A stretch of DNA of 63,579 nucleotides, filler included, from Pirum gemmata (taxonomy: Eukaryota), in assembly GCA_002812295.1 (NCBI GenBank). It is 18 parts of 18 records of this genome, joined end to end, with 100 filler letters (N's around TTAATTAATTAA, not from the genome) between each part and the next. Parts side by side here need not be neighbours in the genome. Positions count along the whole stretch, not along the records: positions 1 to 3,799 come from PDIN01004042.1; positions 3,900 to 8,022 come from PDIN01004043.1; positions 8,123 to 11,080 come from PDIN01004044.1; 15 more parts are not named here. The stretch is one strand, 5' to 3'. The notes beneath the pieces were generated by a model. That model was given only the letters and a program-made list of their open reading frames with translations. It was not told where the DNA came from and did no database searches. Shown here piece after piece: positions 1 through 11,079 of the stretch; the first letter of the stretch is position 1, and each line of letters starts with the position of its first letter. Both the position numbers and the translations under genes were made by a program.

Positions 1-130
1 TATTCAAATAGACATTTTTAAATAAATAAATAAATAATAAAAGACACCAAATTAAATTAAATGGTTCATATTGTATTAATTTGGTACTGTTTATTGTATA
101 TTTTATGATGAAAAAACAACTGAAAAGCAC

Positions 131-697
131 TGTACGTCATCGATTTTTTAATTACCGAGTTATGAGACTGCGCAAAAAAAATTGAATGAGTGCGGCTGGA
201 TTTTTTTCTCACTCGTTCCCGCTTCGGTCCCACTCATTCAATTTTTTTTTGATGCAGTCTACTCGGTTATTAAAAAATGAGTGAAGTGACATTAGTTCTT
301 GCATTCTTTATAATAAACTCACTGTTTAGGAACCCAGGTTCCGGCTCGAATTTTTTCGAGCCTTTAATATTTCATAGACTACAACTTGTGAAAAAAAAGT
401 TCCAACAGTGAAAAAAAAGTTCCAAAACGCACCAAATACATGGTAAAGTGTGAAAAAAAAGTTCCAAAAAAAACTACCAAATTGAGCTTCGAAGTATCGT
501 TCGTTTATTATAAATCATGCAAGAACTGAGCGTTCTTTAACTGTTTTTTGTGTTCATTTTAATTTGGTTCTTTCACTCACTCGCTTTGAACACTCTTTGA
601 ACGCACTCGTTTCGAAAAAAACAGCTCGTTCGTTAAATACTGTGAAGGAACCCCGGTTCCCACAAAAAACAGTTAAAGTTCTTGCCTATTTACTATC
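131..697. repeat. Cluster of three fold-back (inverted-repeat) elements bracketed by two oppositely oriented family-A MITE copies (1-130 and 698-866)
   Basis: Arms pair at ~143-192/231-278, 294-318/503-527 and ~535-552/661-678. Internal direct repeats gtgaaaaaaaagttcca occur three times, and near-palindromes ggaacccaggttcc / ggaaccccggttcc lie at ~329 and ~647. Confidence 0.75.
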
Positions 698-1039
698 ATG
701 CTTTTCAGTTGTTTTGTCATTATAAAATATACAATAAAGAGTACCAAGTTAATGCAATATAAATCCATTTCATTTAATTTGGTATATTTTATTATATATT
801 TATTTATTTAAAATTATTTAAAAGGATCAATTTAAATATTATAAACAACCAAATAAATATTCGGAGNTTATTATTATTATTATTATTATTATACTTGGGA
901 TTATCATACTAAATTCTTTCTTCTTTTTTTGTTGGCTTTTTTTTTTTAGTTGCAATATTTTATATTTTGGAGGTGTTTTTCTACCCTTTATTATTATTTT
1001 AAAATCAAACGTATTTTTTATTTATAAACAAGAATAACA

Positions 1040-3136
1040 ATGCAGTACCCCAACCATGATTATCAACAACAAGCTTATCAAGGCCATCTACAACAGGTTC
1101 AGTTAAATGATCGACTCTCGCATCAACCCCAACAACATTATCCACAACTATTCCCAAACTTCAATAGAACCAGCCCAACAGATCTAGGTAATACCAATCA
1201 GAATCGTGAAATGTTTCGATTAACATTGTTTCCCAATACACCTCAAAGAGATTTAGTATTAGCCACCCCTGTTGTAGTAACTGAATTTGATTATGCCAAT
1301 CCAGACACTTTTCTTGTAAAATGCCGCCAAACAGTATACCCTGATGATGCCTCTGACGATCCATCTGCTGTAACTTTACTTTTCAATGATATAGGACAAT
1401 GTTTATTTGGGTTTGACCAAATTTATCCTAATCAAAGTATAATTGTATCACGTGGTGAAGCTTTTGTACCTGTTAATTTTCTCGCCAACTTAAATGTTAA
1501 TCAAACACTTGAATTACAAAAATCCGTTCCCAATTTTAATAATTATATTAACAATTTAGTAATTGAAAATTCTACTGTTGATTTTATCAATAAAGATGGT
1601 ATGGATTGCAGCGATGGTGGTGGTACTAGTGAAAGTGATGCCTCTTCTGAGCGCCGCAATAGTGGTAGTTCCTTTTCAAGTTCTTTTCAGAGCGGAGTTA
1701 AAAATATTGGTAACACAATGGAATATTTTTTGTTAAAAGCAGAAAATCAAATTAGAACCAAATTAGATCCCCATAGTACTGCAAATTCTGTTAATGATAA
1801 TACTGCTAGTAGTAACCTCAACGTTCAGTCACCCCCACGAAATTTAAATGATATTTCTGATTATTCTCATTTAACTCCACAAGAATTATATGAGCTTCAA
1901 ATTTTGAAATGTAACGAAGCTAACCACATCCGAAAGAATAGTGCAACCCTTGACGCACCTAAATTCACTGATAATAATACTATCGTTAACAACAACAACA
2001 ACAATACCGCGTCCACCACTACCACCACCACTAACAACAATAATGGCGATAATAAAGATAGCCATTTCGATAGAATGGATGAAGAAGTGAAAACTGAAGT
2101 GAAAACTGAAATGAAAACCGAAAAGACAGATGCTGCCAAAACCAATGCTAATCTAGGGCTTAGAGGTATGGATAATCCTAAATTATTAGAAGCCACAGAC
2201 TCCCAAATTGAGTTTTTGTTTGCAAACATTCAACTGGAAACCTTATCATTGTCAAAAATATCATTGGCAAACACTGATATAGGCAACACTAGTGATTTAA
2301 CAGCTGAACAAGAATTTGAACAATACGAAAGACAACAAAGAGCATCAGAAAAAGAAAAATCCGTTCGGGAACGTTCTAATTTAGAAAAAGGCCACAAAGC
2401 CGCGGACCGTCGGTCTAGGGAAAAAATACGTAATAATATCAACGATTTAAAGGAATCAATTCCTTCTAGTTTATTTAAAAGTGGCAAAAAGACTGCAAAA
2501 GCGACACTTTTTCAAAAAGTTACGGACTATATGAAATTTACTTTGGCCGAAAACGAACGCTTAAGAGAAGAAACGGAGGAAAACAAAGCCAAAATAAAAA
2601 AAAGTGAAAATAAAGTTAAATCTGAATTTACTATGCTTAAAGATCGGCGTTGTTATCCACCAGCTGTGATTATGTTTTCGGCAAAAGATTATCGTATTTC
2701 TTTTGTGGATCATAATTTTTTACTGATGAGTGGTTTTCCAATGAATGAGATTATTGGGAAAAAAGTGGGTGAAGTAGTGGCGTGGACGCATCACCCTTTG
2801 TCCGGGTTCGAAGAAGAAGATGTGGATAAATTAGATAAAGGGTTAAAGAGAATTAATACTACTGCTTTTCATTGTTTGAGGGGTTCAAATCCGGGTAACA
2901 ACCCCATGAATAACGATAAAAGTCAATTTACTAATACGTTAAAAATACAAAAGAATGGGGTGCTAGAAAATAAGATTTGGCCTTGGCGTGGGTTGTGTTT
3001 GTTGACTACAAGAGAAAATGCATTAATTGGGTTTTTGGTAAAATGTGAACCTTGTTATTCAGATAGTAATGACCCAGATAGTGGTTATAGCCAATTTGTG
3101 GCCACTTGTAATAATTTTCATCGGTTATCAAATTAA
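1040..3136 (+). CDS. bHLH-leucine-zipper transcription factor (Max/Mlx/USF-like bHLH) with putative N-terminal KHA/DCX-like domain and C-terminal PAS-like domain, 698 aa
   Basis: Intronless ORF with aacaATG start. The bHLH reads HKAADRRSREKIRNNINDLKESIP...KTAKATLFQKVTDYMKFT and is followed by the coiled coil LAENERLREETEE. A PAS-like motif PAVIMFSAKDYRISFVDHNFLLMSGFPMNEIIGK follows. The N-terminal part reads RLTLFPN...LLFNDIG...IYPNQSIIVSRGEAF. Confidence 0.85.
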   Translation: MQYPNHDYQQQAYQGHLQQVQLNDRLSHQPQQHYPQLFPNFNRTSPTDLGNTNQNREMFRLTLFPNTPQRDLVLATPVVVTEFDYANPDTFLVKCRQTVYPDDASDDPSAVTLLFNDIGQCLFGFDQIYPNQSIIVSRGEAFVPVNFLANLNVNQTLELQKSVPNFNNYINNLVIENSTVDFINKDGMDCSDGGGTSESDASSERRNSGSSFSSSFQSGVKNIGNTMEYFLLKAENQIRTKLDPHSTANSVNDNTASSNLNVQSPPRNLNDISDYSHLTPQELYELQILKCNEANHIRKNSATLDAPKFTDNNTIVNNNNNNTASTTTTTTNNNNGDNKDSHFDRMDEEVKTEVKTEMKTEKTDAAKTNANLGLRGMDNPKLLEATDSQIEFLFANIQLETLSLSKISLANTDIGNTSDLTAEQEFEQYERQQRASEKEKSVRERSNLEKGHKAADRRSREKIRNNINDLKESIPSSLFKSGKKTAKATLFQKVTDYMKFTLAENERLREETEENKAKIKKSENKVKSEFTMLKDRRCYPPAVIMFSAKDYRISFVDHNFLLMSGFPMNEIIGKKVGEVVAWTHHPLSGFEEEDVDKLDKGLKRINTTAFHCLRGSNPGNNPMNNDKSQFTNTLKIQKNGVLENKIWPWRGLCLLTTRENALIGFLVKCEPCYSDSNDPDSGYSQFVATCNNFHRLSN

Positions 3137-3138
3137 TT

Positions 3139-3385
3139 TGGGTTAGGATTAGGGTTGTAAGGTTAGGGGTTGGGAATTGGGGGTTGGAGGTCGGGGGTTG
3201 GAGGTTGGAGATTGGAGGTTAAAGGTTGGTAATTAAGGGTTAAGGATTAGGCGTTTGGGTTAGGGATTGGGGTTTTGGTGAGCTGGGGTTTGGAGTTTGG
3301 GGTTTGGGGTTTGGGGATTTAGTTTAAGCTTAGTTTAGGTTAAGGTTTAGGTTTTTTTAGGGTAAGTGTTATGGCTAGGATTGGG
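3139..3385 (+). repeat. Degenerate G-rich telomere-like repeats (GGGTTA/GGGGTT/GGAGGTT) in the 3' flank; G-quadruplex-prone
   Basis: Many GG/GGG/GGGG runs separated by TT(A), starting immediately after the stop codon. Confidence 0.7.
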
Positions 3386-3703
3386 AAAAGGTTTTTATAA
3401 GATAAGCGTTACAAGCTTTGGTAAATGCATTGATTTTAAAATTGATATTTAAATAATTGGTAATCGAATTAATTAAACTAAAATATGTGGTTGCGCATAG
3501 CGATTATTAAATTAGTATCATAGTAATTTAGATTGGTTTACTAATTTGGTTTGTAATTGATTTATAATTCATATAAAAATTAATATAATGTACGATTGTA
3601 TTTCTTTTTGACTGTGATTTTATATACATAATTGGTCTGTTGTATTCTAGTTTTGGCCCTTTTTTTGGTTTAAAAAAACCTTGGTGTGTTTTAATTATGG
3701 TTA

Positions 3704-3735
<32 letters not shown>

Positions 3736-3799
3736 GAATATTATTATTGTTGTTGTTGTTGTTATCATCATCATTATTATTATTATTATTATTATTATT

Positions 3800-3899
3800 N
3801 NNNNNNNNNNNNNNNNNNNNNNNNNNNNNNNNNNNNNNNNNNNTTAATTAATTAANNNNNNNNNNNNNNNNNNNNNNNNNNNNNNNNNNNNNNNNNNNN
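3800..3899. other. Artificial scaffold-concatenation linker (N44-TTAATTAATTAA-N44); 17 copies in the window
   Basis: Identical 100-bp spacers start at 3800, 8023, 11081, 17870, 20897, 23924, 26949, 30015, 33031, 36085, 39113, 42120, 45172, 48832, 51894, 56564 and 59594. TTAATTAATTAA gives stops in all six frames, and most intervening pieces are about 2.9-3.0 kb. Confidence 0.97.
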
Positions 3900-4046
3900 T
3901 CTTCTCACCGTTTTTTTTCTTATTTTAGCCCACTTACATATATTACACTCAATTTTTTTATTCGGCCAATTTTTTGTGATTTCACTATCTAGCACTAATT
4001 TCATTCTTCTTATACTTAAGTGTCCTAATATTCGATCATAATACAT
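3900..4046 (-). mobile_element. Ty1/Copia LTR-retrotransposon relic, GAG-pre-integrase zinc-binding motif
   Basis: Translation DRILGHLSIRRMK...IECNICKWAK fits the H-x-RLGH...CxxCxxxK signature of Copia integrase N-termini. It is truncated at the linker. Confidence 0.7.
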
Positions 4047-4086
4047 AATATTCTAAGAGTCCCCTTTTTTGTGACGTGTTTTCTAT

Positions 4087-4148
4087 TAAATGACGCACTA
4101 GTAGTAAATGACGCACTAGTAGTAAATGACGCACTAGTAGTAAATGAC
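4087..4148 (+). repeat. 18-bp minisatellite (taaatgacgcactagtag) x~3.5
   Basis: Exact tandem copies visible. Confidence 0.9.
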
Positions 4149-4499
4149 GCACTAGTAGTAAATGACGTATTAAATTTGAGAGTAGTTTGGATTTTAGGAT
4201 GACCAACTTGAATCCAGATACTACTGGTAGTAGTACTGGTAAGCAGTGGTATCGATAGCTATCATATCGATATAGCTACTAGCTAGCCTAGCTATCATAG
4301 GAGAGATTTGGTTAATAGTAAAAAACAATGACGTTTATATTTAAATATATGACGTCACTAATGACGTAAGAAATTTCAAAGTAATGTGACGTCACATTTC
4401 AAAAGATGTGGGGTAAAAAAACATTTTGATAAATGACGTGTTCAAAATAAAAACTTACGTCATATACGTTCAGCCAAATATATCAGATAGACAGGCTAA

Positions 4500-4789
4500 G
4501 GGAGCGTTCAATAATTACGTAACGCCGATTTGGGACAAAAACCTACCCTACTACCCCCCGTGTAACAGGCTGTCACGTTTGAGAAGGACTACCTACCCCT
4601 TATGACGTAACGATTTGGAAAAATAGTACCCTAAATTACCCCTCATGTTATATATATATATAGGGATATATATATTTTTTTGCGTTATGTCATATTACGA
4701 AAACCTACCCCCCTACTGCGTCACGGCCTGTCACAAAAATCCGGCCCCCCCTACCTACCCCCAGCGTTACGTAATTATTGAACGCTCCC
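4500..4789. mobile_element. PIF/Harbinger (Tourist-like) MITE, 290 bp
   Basis: Perfect 26-bp TIRs GGGAGCGTTCAATAATTACGTAACGC / GCGTTACGTAATTATTGAACGCTCCC, with TAA on both sides (3-bp TSD). A second copy's right end is at 33131-33206, and related ends are at ~22830-22918 and ~39935-40030. Confidence 0.9.
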
Positions 4790-5090
4790 TAAGATAGACA
4801 GGTCTAGCTACTACTCTAGCTACTAGTAATGTCTCTATCAATGACTATCATATGATACATATTATCATAATGATAGTAGCCAGTAGTAGTAGAGAGACTC
4901 CGCTACTACCTACCGCTACTACTAGCCTACTACTAGCTAGCTAGAGCTACACAAGCTATGATAGATAATACAGTCTAGCTAGCTATCATACCAAAAAAGT
5001 GCAAAAGCAACTATGATATGATATCATAAATGCATATGATATTATTATTATTATTATTAGNNNNNNNNNNNNNNNNNNNNNNNNNNNNNN

Positions 5091-5204
<114 letters not shown>

Positions 5205-5430
5205 TATAAACACCCATCAGTCAAACAAATACAGATTTTAAAAAATTAAAAAATTATAATTCAATCTAATTTGATATGATATTATAATAACAAAAAAAAA
5301 ACAAAAAAGAAAAAAAAACAAGAAAAAAGAAAATTTAAATTTATTTAAAAAAAAAGTATAATAAGTAAAATAATAAGAACTTAAGAATATTGTAATATTT
5401 TTAGAAAACAATAATAATAAAAGAAAAAAC

Positions 5431-7899
5431 ATGAAGTACTTTGCAAGTTCACTTTTGTTGGCAACTTCTGCTTTTGCCAATTCTTCTCAACAAGGATTGG
5501 TAGGCGATCAACGTAAAACAGAGTATTTTGAGGCTTTGAAGGTAAAACTCAAACTATATATTAGATATAATTTTCCAGTTGTAATTATTGTTTTTTAGTT
5601 GTTGTTTTTTAATTAAAAGATCTGATGTTTGGTTATTATTTATATTTATTTTTTTATTTTAAATTATAATTACTATTACTATTACTATTGGTATTATTAC
5701 TATTATTTATTAATAATATTGTCATTATCATTTTATACATAGAAAATTGATTTTGAAGCAGTAAAAGAAGACATTAAACATGTGCTCACCGATTCAAAAG
5801 ATTTCTGGCCAGCTGATTATGGTAATTACGGGCCTTTCTTTATCCGTTTAGCGTGGCATTCTTCCGGTTCATACCGTGTTTCCGACGGAAGAGGTGGCAG
5901 TGATGGTGGTCGTCAAAGATTCGACCCAGAAAGATCATGGGAAGATAATACAAACCTTGATAAAGCACGTACGTTATTATTACCTATTAAACAAAAATAT
6001 GGTTTGGGGTTGTCTTGGGGTGATCTTATCGTTTTGACTGGTACCACTGCTATTGAAGCCATGGATGGCCCAGTTTTAGGCTTTTGTGCCGGTCGGGTTG
6101 ATGATGATGATGGGTCGGATTCTATAGAGTTGGGGCCAAGTGAAGAGCAACAAGCTGTGGCTCCATGTACAGTTCAAGGTCAGTGTGAATCACCACTTGG
6201 CGCTGCTGTTGTTGGTTTAATATACGTCAACCCTGAGGGCTACATGGCTAAACCTATACCAGAAAGAAGTGCTCAATCTATAAGGGATGTTTTTGGTAGA
6301 ATGGGTATGAACGATACTGAAACTGTGGCTCTTATTGGAGGTGGCCATGCTTTTGGTAAATCACATGGTGCTTGTCCTAAAGGAGCTGGCCTTCCTCCTA
6401 ACGAAGACCCATTTAATCCTTGGGAAGGGCAATGCGGAACCGGAAAAGGTAGAGACACTGTCACTTCTGGTATTGAAGGGCCTTGGACTACCGACCCCAT
6501 TAAATGGGATAATGAATATTTCAAAAATATAATCAATTACGATTGGGAAAAACACAAAGGTCCTGGAGGCAAATGGCAATGGAAAGTTAAAAAAGAGAAA
6601 AAGAAAAAATCTGGTTGTCCCTTTGCCCCCACCGTGGATGGTGACGCTCCTTATAAAGTTCCCACCATGATGTTAACCACCGATCTTGCTTTGAAATACG
6701 ACAAGGAAGGTAAATATCAAAAGATTATTGAAAAATACGCTGATAGTATAGAGGAGTTGGACTATTCTTTTAAACATGCTTGGTACAAATTAGTTACCCG
6801 TGATATGGGCCCTGCTTCTCGTTGCTACGGCAGTCTTACACCACCACCTCAACCCTTTCAAAACCCCTTACCTGATAACGGTTCCACGCTAACCGATTGG
6901 GATGCTGTTCGCAGCGATATTATTAAAGCTATGGAAGATGAAGAAAGTAGCATTATCAAACCTGATGATGATACTTACGCTGCTCAATTTATCACTCTTG
7001 GTTACCAATGTTCTGCTACTTATCGAAGAACTGATTATAATGGTGGATGTAATGGGGCTAGAATTCGATTTTCTCCTGAAAAAGACTGGCCTTCCAACGC
7101 TGGTATGAACAAAGTATTAGAAGTTCTAGAACCTATTAAAAATAAGTATGAAGATACTTTGTCTTGGGCTGATCTGATCAGTTTTGCCGGTAATGTGGCT
7201 ATTGAACAAACTAGTAATGTTAAATTAGATTGGTGTCCTGGTCGTGCTGATGCTTATGATGGAGCAGGATCCGAGCATTTACAAGGAATTCAATACAACA
7301 ACTCATACCCTACCAACTTGAACTTGGCTACCACTGAACAAGCCAAGTTGTTTGGGTTCACTAACAGGGAAATGGTGGCGATGATGGGCAAACCAAGAAG
7401 TTTTCATTTACAACGCAACGCAGGTTACAAAGGTACTTGGGATAAAGACCCACAAGTAATGTCTAATGAATATTTTAAATTGCTTATTTCTGAAACTTGG
7501 GAACATGTTGGAAATGGGGAATACAAAGCCAAAGGTAAACAGGATATTTTTATGATGGAAGCAGATGTTTACTTATTATACAGTGCTGAACTTTTGGCTG
7601 CCGTTGAAGAATTTGCGAGTGACGAAGATATGTTTTTCCAAAGTTTTGTTGCAGCTTGGTCTAAATTAATGATTGCTGATAGATTTGATGGTCCTGTTGG
7701 CAATGTTTGCAAAAAAAGAAACCCTTCTGGTGGTTATACTTGTGAGCTATCTACGCAATGGGCTGGGGCTCCTGTGCAGGAATCATTTTGTTCGGTTTGT
7801 TTAGATGACAATGGTGATATAACAACCCCACCCAACACCAATCAATGTACTTATGGTTTGCCTGATGAAGGTGCAGCTCCTTGTCTTTGTACACAATAA
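5431..7899 (+). CDS. katG: Catalase-peroxidase (KatG), predicted secreted; exons 5431-5541 and 5743-7899
   Basis: Exon 1 MKYFASSLLLATSAFA... is signal-peptide-like and joins in phase 0 across a GT-AG intron (5542-5742) to KIDFEAVKEDIKHVLTDS. Motifs present: WPADYGNYGPFFIRLAWH, GLIYVNPEG, FGRMGMND, GGHAFGKSH, TSGIEGPWT, AWYKL..RDMGP, GGCNGARIR, terminal DRFD. The Met-Tyr-Trp adduct residues are all present. Confidence 0.96.
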
Positions 7900-8143
7900 G
7901 AGGCTTCATTATATTACGAAACTTTTTGCGGTTGGTTAAAATTAATGACAATTATTTATGACAATTGTCATGACAATAACAATAACAATAACAATAACAA
8001 CAACAATAACAATAACAATAACNNNNNNNNNNNNNNNNNNNNNNNNNNNNNNNNNNNNNNNNNNNNTTAATTAATTAANNNNNNNNNNNNNNNNNNNNNN
8101 NNNNNNNNNNNNNNNNNNNNNNATAATAATAATAATAAATAAT

Positions 8144-8194
<51 letters not shown>

Positions 8195-8333
8195 CCTGCT
8201 CCCAACAAGGTCCCATAGAACAAAACCGGGAGAGTCAAAATTCAAAACTCTCCAGAACAACGGCTCACTGTAGACCAACAATCTTAATTTGATATTATAT
8301 AGATGGGGGTCTATATATTGCAATAAATTTTTT

Positions 8334-8370
<37 letters not shown>

Positions 8371-9981
8371 CACTAACATTATTCAACTATATATTATATA
8401 GACTTATATAGCATATATCCTATCAATCTTTAATTTGCTACTGTTTAATTAAGACTAAGTGTATAATTGAACTAATTTATAAAATACAACATTAGGTATA
8501 AAATACCAAATTAATTAAAACATGCCTAATAGTTTAACCATAATAATGTAGCACATTTATTTTAGTTTTTGAACTGGTCAACATGCACACACTGTTTTTA
8601 TGATAATATTATATATTATATATTATATTAGCTACCTAGTATTAGCTATTACTACTTTATATATAGCATAGTATATTATACTCTTCGATGTTATTGTTAA
8701 TATTAATATTATTCTATAATTATATATTATACTCTTCTATGTTATTGTTGATATTGATATTGTTCTATAATTATGTATATGATATATATAAGACTTAGTT
8801 TTTTTTTATTATTATCATACCTGTTTATAAATGATATAATATAAAATAAAATAAAAAAAAGATTCTCAAAGGTGATAGCATTATTGTAGATTATGATAAC
8901 TTCAATTAATTTTAAATTACAACAAGAAAGTGAACGTAATACTACATACTGACGATCATTAATAACTGACTTTTGTTTGTGATCATGTAATGTCGGATTA
9001 TGTAATCCCATTTTGGTATTATTTATATAATAAGTATTCAATATGTTGCTACAATATACTATATATTAATTATGTATATAATATTATATATAAACAGATA
9101 GTGTATATCGATCACAACAATCCAAAATTTTTCTAAGTATTTTTTTTACCAATTTTATTTTTAATCCTTTTAACCATACATTATGTATTATATAGTATAT
9201 CAATACAATATATTATTATTCGTTGTTAACAGTAGTTGTAGTTGTTGTTGTATTACTAGTGCGACTAATAAGGAAGACTAATAATAATAGTAATAATAAT
9301 AACCGTCTTTTTTTAAAATATTGACGTAACAACTAATTGATATTTGTTGAAAGGGCCAAGTAAAAAAACCCACACTAAAATTTAAGCTAAGCAAATTTAA
9401 ATTTTTAATTTTGTGGTGGGGTTTTCTTACTTTTTTTAAACGTTATCCAAGCGTCATGATTTGCCTTTTTCAATCTTTTCAATCGTTACGTCATATCAAA
9501 TGCATTTATTATAAATTATTTTAGACTTGCTTGTAATTACTATTAATTAAAATACTCTTGTTTCTTATTATATATTGTACTCTATTTATACTGCCGGTGA
9601 AAGTTTGCTGAAATTTTCATTGATAGCTTTGTTATACAATGGTTTTGTTGTTTGTTGTTTGTCGTTTGTCGTTTGTTGTTTGTTGTTTGTTGTTTGTTGT
9701 TTGTTATTTGTTGTTTGTTATTTGTTGTTTGTTATTTATTGTTTGTTGCTTGTTGCTTGTTGTTTGTTGCTTCTGTTGTTTGTTGCTTGCTGTAGTTTAA
9801 TTTGTTACTTGTATTTGTTGTTTGTTTGGTTGTTTGGTTGTTTATTTATTTATTTATAAATTTAAATTATTAATTTATTTTTAATTATTTATTTGTTTCG
9901 ATACAATACATTCCAAATAGAACATTTTGATGTTAAAATATAATCACCCAAACATGTTTAATTCAAATTTCAAATTCAAAT

Positions 9982-11079
9982 TCAATTCCATCTTTCTTCT
10001 TTTGGAGGGTTTTGGCAACTTTCAAGAGCATTTTCTTCGGTGCCGAAATATTTAGTTGTAATACAACCAACATCTTGAACCGGACAGATACTACCATTTT
10101 GTGGTTGCTGGCACTCACCAATTTGCCAACCCAAACCGGCTTTAATACATTGTTCACAAGTTAAACTTTTAGTGCAACCCGCAGTTAGTGGATTTTTTTC
10201 ACAATATTCATCTTCACTAAGGCTTGCTTGACAAGCCAAACAAGTGGCAGTCATTGCCATGCAGCAAACTTTTGACTCTGTTTTTTGTGGGCAATATTGT
10301 TTGTTATCTTTAACTGCACAGAACTCAGCCTCACTAATCCCTTGTTGACAAGCCAAACAACCAGGAGTCATTGCCATGCAACAAGCAACAGGTTCTTTTT
10401 TACATCCAACAGTCTCAGTATTCTTTGCACAATATTCAGCTTCAGTAAGACCTGCATTACAAGACAAGCAACCAACAGTCATTGCCATGCAACAAACTTT
10501 TGACCTTTTTGATTTTTGTGGACAATATTGTTTGTTCTCTTTAACTGCACAGAACTCAGCCTCACTAATCCCTTGTTTACAAGCCAAACAACCGGGAGTC
10601 ATTGCCATGCAACAAGCAACAGGTTCTTTTTTACATCCAACAGTTTCAGGATTCTTTGCACAATAGTCAGCTTCAGTAAGACCTACATTACAAGACAAAC
10701 ACTTTGCAGTAAAAGCTCTACAACAAGCTTTTGGCTTTGGTTTTTGTGGACAATATTGTTTGTTCTCTTTAACTGCGCAGAACTCAGCCTCACTAATCCC
10801 TTGTTGACAAGCCAAACAACCGGGAGTCATTGCCATGCAACAAGCAACAGGTTCTTTTTTACAACCAACAGTCTCAGGATTCTTTGCACAATAGTCAGCT
10901 TCGGTAAGACCTGCATTACAAGACAAACACTTTGCAGTAAAAGCTCTACAACAAGCTTTTGACTTTGGTTTTTGGGGACAATATTGTTTGTTCTCCTTAA
11001 TTGCGCAAAATTCATCCTCAGTAACACCCTGTGTACAAGCTAAACAGTTGGAGGTCATTGCCATGCAACAAGCAACAGG
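9982..11079 (-). CDS. Cysteine-rich tandem-repeat protein (6-Cys ~38-aa modules), 5' truncated at the linker
   Basis: Eight modules of the form CC(M/R)A(M/F)TxxCLxCxxGxxExx(F/Y)CxxxxxxxxC alternate between two subtypes with a ~228-231-bp period. A distinct C-terminal 5-Cys module TCEQCIKAGLGWQIGEC...CPVQDVGC ends the protein. The frame stays open to the gap. Confidence 0.85.
   Translation of the reverse strand, partial: PVACCMAMTSNCLACTQGVTEDEFCAIKENKQYCPQKPKSKACCRAFTAKCLSCNAGLTEADYCAKNPETVGCKKEPVACCMAMTPGCLACQQGISEAEFCAVKENKQYCPQKPKPKACCRAFTAKCLSCNVGLTEADYCAKNPETVGCKKEPVACCMAMTPGCLACKQGISEAEFCAVKENKQYCPQKSKRSKVCCMAMTVGCLSCNAGLTEAEYCAKNTETVGCKKEPVACCMAMTPGCLACQQGISEAEFCAVKDNKQYCPQKTESKVCCMAMTATCLACQASLSEDEYCEKNPLTAGCTKSLTCEQCIKAGLGWQIGECQQPQNGSICPVQDVGCITTKYFGTEENALESCQNPPKEERWN

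Noticed and set aside
3844..3855. Regularly spaced TTAATTAATTAA palindrome as a biological repeat
   Set aside because: It is always embedded in exactly 44+44 Ns, so it is an assembly concatenation linker.
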